A DNA stretch of 64,000 bases from Paragordius varius (Eukaryota; Animalia; Nematomorpha): positions 4,154,001 to 4,218,000 of the forward strand of contig OZ176053.1 in assembly GCA_964247055.1 (NCBI GenBank), written 5' to 3'. Positions 33,693-46,689 of this stretch are shown piece by piece. A program made the translations under genes and the position numbers. The notes beneath the pieces were generated by a model that saw nothing but the letters and a program-made list of their open reading frames with translations, did not search any database and was not told the DNA's origin. Each line of letters starts with the position of its first letter. Position 1 is the stretch's first letter.

Positions 33693-34739
33693 TTTCCAGA
33701 CTATAAGTTTTGGATGCTTTTATATATTATAATTAAAACATCAGGACACGAAATTTAATGTAAATGAATATGAAAATTAATTATCCCAATTACCACTTCA
33801 TAACATTTTGGTAGTCTTGTATTACCAGAGTTTTAAAAAATAAAAAGATATTAAAATACTGGGCCAAACTTAAAAATATGCATTTAACCGAATAATTCGA
33901 AAATTAAAAATGTAAAATCAAAAATCAACACCAGTTTTGGAGCTACTCCAATTGTCTATGGATGTCAAAAAAAAACTATAAAAATATAAACTTTTTTTCT
34001 TATACAAGATAACAAAGTTTGACAATTAAATTTTAACCGAAATCCATTTCAAAACAGAAGTTTATTATTTATTGAAGCCTGGGATAAAAAACTATCGCCG
34101 TTAAAAAAAGGTAACGAAATACAAACGAGTTAAAGGGAGGCTTAACTATATAATATTTTGCATTATTTTAATTTAATCTCTTTCATTAAATTTTATTGCA
34201 GAAAAATATTTAAATAACCCGCTTCACAGACGTTTTGATAAAGTCACAATGATGGACAGGATAAGGCTAGTTTTTTATTTGACAAACTTCTTTTATTTTC
34301 GTACTAATGGCTAGGTAAGGGTAAATATTTAACAAAATCACTCAAAGTTAACTCTCACTATGAGCATTCCATGATGCCATATAACTCAGTAAAGGTTATG
34401 TTTAAAGTAGTCAGCTAATGTAGCACATGTTGGATGTATTATATGTTAGCAATAAAAACTAAACTGATCAATAATATTCCATTGTTTAATGGTAAATTGT
34501 TTGATCAAAATATTTATTATATTGGCTTAACGTTTATTAATATTGTTCAATATCCATTTCGATAACCGATTAAATTTTAAAATTATGGTGTGTTTATTTT
34601 TTTTGATGGTCGTGGCAAATAATTTAGGATAATTTTCATCTATGGATGTAAGTTCTGTTGATTGCGTTTCGGATTGCGATATTTTGGGCATCGTAGCATT
34701 TTTTATTAATATTTTATTGTAAGTTTTTGACACTGTTCT

Positions 34740-37262
34740 TTATATGCCTTTTGTGTTTTGACTTAAGTTTTGTTGTTGTAAATATAAAACCTTAGTCATC
34801 TCATTTAAGAATTGCGATAGTCCCCTGATAGAATCTATGTTAAATTGAATGTTCAATAAAATACTGGGTACTTTTCCATTTTTATCGTTTTTCGTGAAAA
34901 TTTGATCATTTTTCATATTATTGATCGGAATAGTTAGGTTTTTTTGTATGGAGGATTCATTGTTTTTTGTTTTTGTGTTTTCGACGTTTTTGGTGTTGTT
35001 TGTATTTGTAAAATCTGTTTCTTAATTGGTGATATAAATAATCAATAATCACAAATTATAAAAAAATTTTATACAGTAAAATATAAATTGAAGGAGAAAT
35101 ATTTTTTTAAAGGACAACTTATTTTGAAAATCATCAATTTTTTGGAAACTCAGCATTTTGGAATGCAAATTAGGGAAAAGATTAACTTATAATACATCTA
35201 ATTCTATAATTAAAGTTGTAATTTAATAGTTAATGTAGGAAAAATCAAGGTTTGAAAAGAAGTGGATGTTTTTTTATAAAAAAATAAACGTTTTGCCTGT
35301 ATAATATCAATTTTTACTGTATATCACATGGAACAACTCTTTAAAAAACTGCGTTTACAAACCATTGATGTTAATTATATTGCACTCCGAAATATCTAAT
35401 TTGTTATTAAAATACATTGTGTAGTGTGGGTTTTTGATAATTTAACTATCAATTTTCACAATTTTTTAGGTATTATAATCATTTAAAATCACAAATTTGG
35501 AACATATTTTTTTTTGATTTTTTTAGTACAGAATCCCAAATGCTTTAGACCAAAATATTTTGAGAATAATTCAAAATGATAGCAAAACAATCATATAAAA
35601 TTACATTTATAAGCTACAAAATAAGAAATCAGCTTTAAGAATTTGAAAAAAAAGCGATTATTAAATTAGAAAATTTAGGCAAAAAAATAAATTGTATTTT
35701 AAAGTAATTCCTAACACTGAACAATTTTAATTTTTTCTACATATGCCGAAGTTATCATAATTTTAGATTAGTAAATCTTTTAATATTTCATTTCCAGATA
35801 GTATCATTTCAAACTATTTGTCTTAATGGTACCTTATAAAGGCTTAGAGTAAGGGTTTACTTGGTTGATTAGAAACTATGTAAATATATGGCAATCATGA
35901 AAAATAAACACCAATTAAATTGATTTTAGTGGGGTAAATTAAGTTTTGTAAACTATTTTGACACATTTTACAATTAAATGTTTTATCATAAGTAATATTT
36001 TCGATATATTTTATATTTATATTAAATATTTTAACTGGACAATTAGCAGTCATTTATAACGTATGCTTCAAATCCTACACAGATCTATCCATTTTTAAAA
36101 GGGAAGAAGAGCATTATACATTTAAAATTATAGGTTATTGTCGGTCTTTGATTTTTTTACTTTAGTAAAAAAGCATATATTCATTTAGTTTAATAAATTA
36201 TTTTAAAAAAAATTTACTTATTTCAATCAAATTTTGAGCACTCGGGCCAAGCTTTTTGGTAAACAAGAGGAAGCTTTTATTATCATACCAGTTTCTTATA
36301 TGATAATGTACATCATTCAGGAGTGGTTGATATTGCTTCATTGCTTCGTAATCATCTCCGCTATATTTACCACTAATGTTCGGATAATATGGGATGTTAT
36401 TATTAGATCGTGATTTATTTAGAACCGATGATGGAGGGAATATTAGATCCCAAAATGAAGAAGATAGCGTAGTTTGTAAAGGGCTTGGTTGTTTTTGCAA
36501 CACTAGTAAATGATTTAATCTTTCTTTCTCTGGATCTGCCGCATATGGGGGCAGGGACCATGTTTTATCTCCCATCCAATTTTGGATGTAATTTTTATTA
36601 GAGATATTATCGTTATTTTTGAAATTATTAAAATTATTGAAATTCGGCGATGAAAACGCCTGACTAAGGTTACTGGAATTTATTTTTTGATTAATAATGA
36701 TTTTTGCTCCTTTCCAATCCTGTATTTTGGATTCGTTATTCATTTTATCTCCTAAAGTTTGCTTAAATTGCCCATCTTTGGCTATGTGTTGAAAAAAATG
36801 GTCTAGTCCACCCGCTACGAAATTTTTGGTTAAATTAGAATTGATATATGTGCTGTTGGTAAGAGTTGATTGTATTTGTTTTGACTGGTTAAAATTACCA
36901 ATATTCTTATTCACCAAACCTTTTTGCCGTAAAGAATTGTTTTGAAATGTTTCATTGAAAAAAAGTTTGGAATTTGCATCATATAAATTTTCGTGTTTAA
37001 CGTTTATATCCCGTAAAAATGTTTCAATCTGTTCTCTGTTCATATATTTGCCAGGATACTTCTCATAGTTTATATTGGGCACAATCGTATTTGTTTTTGT
37101 TAAAACCAAATTATTCCGTTTAATTCTTCTGTTCTCAAAATTAGAATGCTTTACATCAAAGTTTAATGTTTCCCGAAATATGGCAGCATAAAAAAACCAA
37201 CTAATGAATATGTTAACCTTGAGTTTAAAGGTTTGATAATTAGGCAGATAAAATAATGACAT
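34740..37262 (-). CDS. Hypothetical Asn/Lys-rich, probably secreted protein
   Basis: A 354-codon ORF starts at ATG 37262 with a hydrophobic N-terminal stretch (VNIFISWFFYAAIF) and a basic site RRIKR. A phase-1 donor at 36217 fits an acceptor at 35015/35021, giving a second exon that ends in TAA 34742-34740. The same frame then stays open to 34527. No recognised domain. Confidence 0.55.
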
Positions 37263-39633
37263 AAGTTATCATTTAAAATTATCAATTCAAATAAAGATGT
37301 ATTATTATGTGATTGTTGGCCACATTTTTAATTGATAACACAATGCACAAAATCGGGGGATATTAAATATATTCTAATAAAACAATGTTTTTAAATAGAA
37401 AATTTCATCAGAATACTCATGATTTTGGTTTTTGGGGTGACAGGTCATTAAAAAAGTTATTTTTGTGGTAATTGGTTCATCTAGAAACGCAAAACCAGCT
37501 CATATTATATCAAATAAAAATTTTGGATAAAGACTTTAATGTATAATTTCTTAATTATATATGATAGAATGTATTTAAAAATTAATGTTATTATTTGTCT
37601 AACTCGAAAGTCTTAAACCATTGGATACATCCTTTAAAATGGGTTAATTTTCTCAAAACATTCAATGTGCCTAGATTAGGCGATGAGAATTATTAATACA
37701 TTTTATATGTCATCATAATATTTTCGGGAAATGCATACTCTGCTTAAAATTTAAAACTTAAACACGATGAAGCGCATTTTAGATTTTAAAGTAAGATGGA
37801 AATAAAACTTTAAATATTATAACACCTTTTTTTGATTTTACTCAAGATGCAGATCATTTAAAAATTTTTATTTAAAACTTCCTTGACTGAAATTTAAAAG
37901 AAAAATCTGAAAGGAGAGAAATGTTGACCATCATCCAATTATGTGGAAAAAGTGTTTTTTACCTTAAAACTTTACACCATTTCCACCATGCTTCCATTTA
38001 TTATGCAGCATGAGCTACAAAAGGTTAAAAATCAAATTTAATAACAAAATATGATCTTTTAAAAATATATTTTGATATTTTAATAACTAACATATTATAA
38101 GTTTTATCGCGATATCTCAGCATGTCTGCGTATAATAAAAGTAGCCCATTTTCGGAGGGGCCCAAAAATTTATTTCCGCTGATATCTAATAATTACACTT
38201 TATATATTTGTTTGGATTTTATCTACTCTATACTCTATATATTAACAAATATTGTGGTTTGAAGTCTTTATCCCATACCAAAAAATTATTTGATATAATT
38301 AAAGTTAGTTTTACAAACACAACATAATGCTGTTTCAATATTTACATTCAAATATTGCTGATTTCCATGATAATAACTCATTTACAGTAAAAATTGAAAT
38401 TATACGGACAAAACGTAAAAATATAAAGACAAATATTTTTTTGTAAATACAACCATACTTTTTAGATTTTGATTTTTTTAAATATGACTGATTGTTTAAA
38501 AGTCCAAAGTATAAATGGAGAAGTATATTGGCAACACAATTAATTACTCTCACACATGACACGTGGTAAACACTGTCCCCTTTAAATTTCGTTTCATAAA
38601 GCCACCTATTGCTTGATAGGAAGTACTATAACTTCTAATTGCAAAGGTAGGCTAAGAGAAATAATCTCCATAATATGTTAAATATTTAATGATTGTTTAA
38701 AAATATAATAATAGGATAAAGTAAGGTTGAAAAAAGTATGGCTGTCTTTTGAAAAAAAGTTTTGTCTTTATTTTTTTACGTTTTGTCTATATAATTTCAA
38801 TTTTTACTGAATCTATTTTAACCATTTATAAGCCAAAATATGGTTTTTATGACCAGGTCAACTTAGCCATTTAAGCCCAAACACATGGTCATAAAAGATC
38901 CAATTCTACAGTCTTAAATAAGAAAAAACACTTTGGCATTATGTAAGCCAAACAGCGGTTTTTTAAAAAACCGATTGCAGACTCTTAGGTTCATGAATAA
39001 GCATTACAAAACTTATTAAAAGTAGAATCAATATAGCGCTGATGCGGTATGCCTATTATAAGCTTATTAGACCACGCATGGTAAATATTACCGTTTCAAC
39101 TTTATTTATATGCATAAAAATTTAAGCTCTTGCAAAGATGTTTTAAATGGCAGAAACATAATATGTGATAAAAAATTTATTTGTTTAATTGATGATCATA
39201 TGAATACACATGGCAACGGTTATATTGTTATTCTACTGAACAGTTTTATTTATAAATAACTTAATACAATAATTGCATATTCAATAAATAAATGTAGTAT
39301 ATGATAAATTTTTGGACAATATGCACATATAGCTGTTGGTTTGGAATATCATATAAATAGTTAACTATAGTTTATTGCTTAATTGATCAGTAAAATAAAT
39401 GCTGGGAACGAAACGTTCCTGGCAGCACAATGGCATATTCTATAGGGATGATTTTTAACTACACATAAAAATAAATTTTTTCAAATGCATATGAACTAGA
39501 TGGTTATGATTTGAGTTATTCTCCAAACTAATAGCATCGGAGAATCTTGTTTATCTATCCTTTCTCCCTTTTCATACTTTTTGTAGTCTCCTCACAGCTT
39601 ACTTTTAAATTATAAAACCTATTTTATGAAATA

Positions 39634-42600
39634 CTAGTTGGTGCCAAGCCAACTATAAATTACAAATTTTATGAAATATATTGCAATGCAAAGTGTATAA
39701 ATGTGAGATATTTGGCTGTTTTTGGTCGGGCAAGAAGCAGATGAAAAGGTAGCAATATGTCGCAATTTCGAAGATTTTCCAATTTCGTTTGAAAGCCAAT
39801 CATCAAAATTCTCCAACATATTCTTATAATTATTGCCATGTTTGTTCCCGCTTTTATCGGTATTCAAGTGTTCTTGCTTATGCCTGTATTCAATCAAATC
39901 TTGCATATTTTCCTGTTCATATGGATTATAATCATTTTTATTTGTATCTTTGTGAGTATAGTTCAACAATAGAGTTTTATGTTTAACCACGTGGTTAGGT
40001 ACCAGCGATTTTTGCGAAATATAGGATGATATATTATAAAGTGAGCCATTAGTTTTTGTTAAATGATGATAACTATGATTTTTATCAATATTATCTATGT
40101 GATGATGCAACAACCAATATTTATTGTAATAATGGTTATGAGAGGTAGTTTTTACAACTGGGATACGATTTGTGCTAAGTGTCAAATTTTTTATGTACAT
40201 TGATGTATTTAGGTGTGCATTTATTCTATTTTGATCCACCACGGTTTCTGAAAACAGAGTTGTGGAGAGATGCGCCGTAATGTTATCTGGGTACAAGCGA
40301 TAGACATTGGACCAGCTATTAATTGAGTATGAATTATTTCCTGGTATGGATATTGGATGTATATGTTTCATTGTGTCTATAGGTAATATTGGTCTTTTAA
40401 TAGATTGGCATGTAGAGGATGAGGGTAGATTTGGCGGTAGAGTTTGATAGATCATTGGGTAACTATACTGCTTTTCAATTTCAGCCTGTATTATAAAAAG
40501 AAAATTTTAAATATTGTTACAAAATACAGTACCGATTTTATTGTTAGCTAATTCACATAATTTTTGGCCAATTGGCCATACAGTAGCGTATGATAAAAAC
40601 AACAATTGGATGTGAAACAACTTTTATCTCATAGACGAAATTTATTTTATATCATACGCTATTGTATCGCCCATTGGCCAACAATAAAGTGGGTACTGTA
40701 TATTATGGCTAGTAAAAAAATGGAAGAAACTCTTCTAAAATAAATTTAAAACATTGTTATTATAGAGTTTTAGCAAAATTTATTTTTCCTACCGATATGG
40801 GAGAACGCATTATATTGCTACACAGATTGACATAATCTCCACGGGAATAAACAGCATTTAAGTCGGTTAACTTTGAATCTGTCCAATTGAGATTCGTAAG
40901 GTAATTATAAAAGGTTGTGCCATTATCATTCACTTGGATGTCGTAAATTCTGTAGAGAAAAAATAATAAATACAATATAAAAGTTAATAAATTTGCATGT
41001 AACTCAAATTCGACCTATTTAATGTTACATGGGAAAACATCAACAAATATAGCAAAAAATGCGTACGATTTATCGAATTCGTGCATTGGTAGTACTTTGA
41101 GATTCATGGCATCCTTGTCATTATTAAATTTAGTTGTGAATTTATTGTTGGATGTTTTTAAATCAAGTGTTTCAAGTGTGGTTGGCTGATTTCGCAAAAA
41201 TATGTCATAAATTTGGCTGGGAACCGGTTGACTCCGGCAACTGGTAAGCTTAGGGACTTTTGGGTAATAAAACACAAACTGGAGACATGGCCTTTGGCTC
41301 CAGAATATGCCTGACGTTTTGAATCGCGCATTTTCAGTCATCTCCATCAAATCTTCAATGTGTGTTAGATGGGCAAGGGTTTTATTACGATGAGAACTAA
41401 CATTTTTGCGATCAGCAAAAACATTATTTTCCGCATGCAAAAACTTATGTTTGAAATTTATGGGAGATTTAAATGTTTTATCACTTTTTTCGTTGGCATT
41501 CATTAAGGAACTAAGGCTTAGTTTGTGATCTATATGGTCGTATATTTCATCTGTATCATGTTTGTCCAGGAATGACGGATTTTCATAATGGCAACGTGTG
41601 ATTAAATGATCACCCTAGTTTTATAGTAAAATAATGAATCATATATTTTGTCAAAATTTTTATGAAAACCAAAAATTTGTAAATTACTGGTAATATAATT
41701 TTTTGGTTATTCCCATCATAATATTGGATATCTTGAAATTTTTCATCAAAATTATCATCCTTTGCTATGTAATCTATTTCTCGGCCATTTCGAATTTGAA
41801 CCGAAGCAATACGCTTAAAGTTGCCATGAGTATAAAATTGAGACGCATACACCGAAATGCCTTGTGAGGGGAAATCCTAAATTACAATGTATTTTATTAT
41901 GAAAGTCATGATGGCGACAATTTGGAATCTAATATTTTATTTGTATATTTGGAGATTTTTCCGGGTTGGGATTTAAACTTATCTTATTTTAATACATGAT
42001 TATATTTGTGTTATATAATAATTGTATATTTTCTAAATTAAAGGTTCTGCTAAATATTTAGGGTAAAAGGAGCCTTTCTATCCCTTAATTAATGAATCTT
42101 TTAATTTATTAACATTGTTTTCAGTTATACCTATTAATTATATTAAACAGTATTTTATTGATTAACTATATTCCCAATATACTTTAGCTGTACAAAGACC
42201 ATGACAATGTCCTTCAATTGTAAGCTTAGGAACGTTTGGTGGGAAAAAATACCATTGAGTTGGTTCAGGACCGATGGAGAGAACTCCGGAATCATACGTC
42301 CTAAGATCCGAAGTATAAGTGAATTGGAAACCAAAGTGATATGTTTGCAGAGTTTGTTTTACAATGTCTAAAAAAACATAAATAAATTATATATTGGCGA
42401 TAAACGAAAATAAGGCTTTATGTGTTTTCTATCAATAATTCTCATTTTTTTAGTTTGCTTATAATAAATAAGTTTTAAAGTAATTCTAAAGTTGTGTATA
42501 ATTAATATGTTTACTTTTGGTTTTATGTTGCGTTTTTTCCTCCTTATTCATCCATTGAACATTTGATTTATCTAGCAACATTTCCAACATAACATACTTG

Positions 42601-44627
42601 GGATCAGAATCCGTACCCAAGGAAAAGCCGGCTTCAGAGGGCCAATGAAAATCCTATGGAAAAAATATTTTATAGTATTTAGGCACACGTCGATAATAGG
42701 AAATAATAACCAATATATCCTTATTTTTTAATCAAACTTAAATAATCTTAAGTTAAATATAGAGAATTCGTTCTTTAGTTACGAGTAGGGTTGTGCTGAC
42801 TAAGTCGTGAACCAGTCAATTGACCGGGTCATGACCAGGTCAGTGACCATTTATTTTTTGACCATGGTCAATTAAAAAAACAGCTGTTTTTTGAAAAATT
42901 GGTGGTAAATTTTTTTTGGAGGAGTGATAGTAAAATTTTATTGTTTTTTAATATATTTTTTATTATAAATTAAATGTATATATTTATTTAACAATATGAA
43001 ATTGTTAAACGTGCAACCTTTAACATTAGCATTTAAGCATATCCAGTTATTTCGAAAAACATTACAATCAAGCACTTTGCAAAATATGCAATTATTCCAT
43101 ATATGTGAACCAATAAAATGAACAAACATTAATAATTGGATATTTCAATGATGAAAGAAAGTGTATAATAAGCTAGGTAAAATTTTATTTGAAATATCCA
43201 GTATTCTATGTATTTTAAGATTTAGAAGGCCACAAACATATGGCAAAATTTATTTGAAAAAAAATTGATTAAATTGGATTGAAAATATTTGTAATAATAA
43301 ATATCAAGAAAATGTATAATACAAACTTTTAAGAAAAGACATAATTAGTGAAACGCAAGTGTCGTTCATACATTATTTTCGTCTAATATAGCATGATATT
43401 TATTTAAGTAAAAAGTGGTCATGACCATGGTCTGACTGGGTCTGACCGGACTTTTTTGAAAAAGCAGTCAAATGCACAACCCTAGTTACGAGTTTATTAT
43501 TATAACTTTTTTGATCATTAAAGTCAATCTAATTCGAAACCTCATCTCCTCCTACGGTGTAACCAGTGATAATATCATTGCAAAAGTACATATCGGGTGG
43601 GAAAGTGCCTTGATAACATGGAAAAATTGAATCCAAATATTCTGTTGGATATTCTGTTCGAGGTGAGCAGGCATATAACACGGCATGTTTAATTATACCC
43701 GAATCTAAAAACGTGGCTTTTTCGTTCGATGACATGATGGATTTTGCTGCATCATTGTACATTTCAATTGAACGCTAGAAAAAAATTATTTTTTTATTAT
43801 ATAAAGTTTAAATCTACAAAATGAAGGTTTTTGCTACTCAAGTTAATGTATATGTATTATGCGAAAATTAAAATATGTAATTATTTATTTATAAATTTTT
43901 TACAAAAAATATTAATATGTTTAAGGCAATACATCATGAAAATCGATAAAAAGAAAAAAAAGGTTAACAACATTTTTATAAGGGCGCCGATTTGAATCGG
44001 CCTAATGACCACCTAGATATCTCCATTAGCACGCAATTATCTATGTACAATTTTTCCAGGAAACAAAGGCAATAATTTTTTAACACATTTGTAAGCAGTT
44101 GGTCCAATTTATCATTCCTTACGGATATTGAAATTAAAGAGTAAAATGTGCTAATTTTCATTTGAGAGTTTTTTTGTAGCAAATAGATTAATATGTTAAT
44201 GATTTAAATGTTATTGAAAAAAATATAATATTATAAGTATATATTCTGTCTCCAATTAATTATTTATGATTTTTAGCAATTTTTAATTCTTGGTGTAATC
44301 AGCCGTAACCTTCACTCATATTTAGCTATGATATTAGGTTTTATTAGGTATATATAATCCTTAATTTGTTTAATATTGGGTATCAAAAATTTGGAAAATG
44401 TTTAAAAAATATTTTTCCCAGATAAAATATAGAATGGTTTATAAATAAAATTGACACCTTAGTAATATGACGTTTTGAGTTATGACCGGATTGAGCGGTC
44501 GAATTAGTTTTGAAATCCGGAAGAGCAAATAATTGACATATGTAGGGCATATTTTTTACCAAAGAAAACTTTATTCCTTCAAAATACATGTTTTCGATTT
44601 CAATCTATTTATAAATGATAAAATTAG

Positions 44628-44673
<46 letters not shown>

Positions 44674-46656
44674 TAAATTTTAGAAAAGCTTTAATTAAAA
44701 TTGTTTAAAATATACGTACTTTCATATCGAGTGAAAAAGTTTCATCACCCTGCCGTGTTATTTTATGATTCTCATAACTGTTTTTGTTAATAGTTAGGGA
44801 GCCATCATTTGAATACAATTGATTATTTTCAACAACTATGGATTTTTGAATCCGATTCTCTGATATTTCTTTGGTGTCAAAAAGCGTACCATTCCAAAGT
44901 GTTTCACCGCTAAAATCTTTTACCTGGTTATTTTCACTTTTTTCTTTAGTTTCTCGTCTTTTATTAATTAATTGTGTTGGTTTTTGTTGTGGCCTGTCTA
45001 TTTTCCGCTGAGTTTTGTGTTGATTTAACAAATATATGGGTTTAGAACGGATTAATATGGTATTTATGTCATCACTTTTAGTATTGTTAGCATTATTCTC
45101 GGCTTTATGAGAAACGATATGTAAGCTATTTAATTCGATGACATCATTGATCTGCGTTGTATCGAGAAAGCCCCAATGAAGGTACATACTATTACCCTAT
45201 GGTAAAAATACACAATTGATAAATTTGACTTAATATTAGCATATTATATTATGAATATTCCAACTATCGTAATTGCCATTATTTTGGTGGCTTACGTTTT
45301 TTAAACCGTGTTTTCTATTATATACCTTAAAAACACTATTTAGTTTAAAAAGCTTTAAAATCTACTTTCAAGTGTAATCGATCCCTTATTTTGGCAAATA
45401 ACTGTTTCTTACCTATGTTTTTCACAAAATAAAGCCATAAAAATATCTTGAAATCCTGTATTATTATGGATATTATTTCCAGTCCAGCGTACACCACTTT
45501 TTAACCACAAAACAACAAAAATCTCATTAATATTCATTAGGATTGGTGATATGTGAAAAAAGGAAAAGGCATTTTAACATAAGGAACCAACTTAACTAGA
45601 ATATATTTTCACATGTATGATTAAAACAGTGCGTTGCGTTTTCTAACACACGTAATTGAATGATCAGAGAATCTGTGGTTATTAAACCATCAACCTTAGC
45701 TAACTTAAAATAAAAATTAGTAATAATAATTTTTATTGCTCTGTATTTTTATGGTATAAGTATCATGACCAGAAAAATTAATTCTTCCCTCTTTTCCTTT
45801 CCCATATACCTGTCTATATATCCTAATCAAAATTTATTATGCAATATTTTCCATTTACCAAAAAAATCAATCCATCAATCAATCAATATATACTACAAAA
45901 AATTAATATATTTTAAAAATAATTTTTCAAAAAATTTGTCAAAAAACATATTTCGTATAAAGGTGAGAGAAGTCTTACAAACTTTCTCACATAAATTATT
46001 ATCATTATCATTATTAAAATTCAATTATAAAATAATATTTAATTTTGTATTAACAATAATTCAAATACTTAAAATATAATTATTATTTGGTTTAAGCAAA
46101 TACAAAGCACACAATTTTTAGCAACAACAATTAAAGGATAATCATAAATATTAATATTATTAGATAATAATTAAATTGAATAGAGTAAATATATTGGTAA
46201 AAGAGATCTTTTAAGTATAATCAAGTATATTTTTTCATATTTATACCAATTAAAAATCCTTTTAACTAATAATATGGCTCTATAATTTTCAAAATATAAT
46301 TATTTAATAATTTGTTTTATGAATTTTGTAACACCTCATTATCAGTATTCTTATATCAATAAAACTTTTTTTATAAGGTGAAAAAAATATTATTACAGGT
46401 AAATATCATACTATAATAAAATAAAAAACGATAAATTGTTTTAGCAAGTCAAATTTATGAAAAAATCTTACTCAGTATTTTTCGACTAATTTTTTATTAA
46501 TTTTTTTTATTATAAATTTAAAAAACCCAAAATAATAATAAAACATTTTTTAATTTGCTTATAGTATTCCGGTACTAAAAAATTATACAATCAATTTATT
46601 AGTCAATAAGAGATTGAAAATTAATGGACTTTATAAGAAAAAATAACTTTAAAAAG

Positions 46657-46689
<33 letters not shown>

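Noticed and set aside
45370-45540. Open frame ending in a strong AG|GTAAGA donor inside MOXD1-like intron 2
   Set aside because: It has no DOMON similarity and its phase-2 end does not fit the phase-0 junction 47913 to 45196, which is already continuous.
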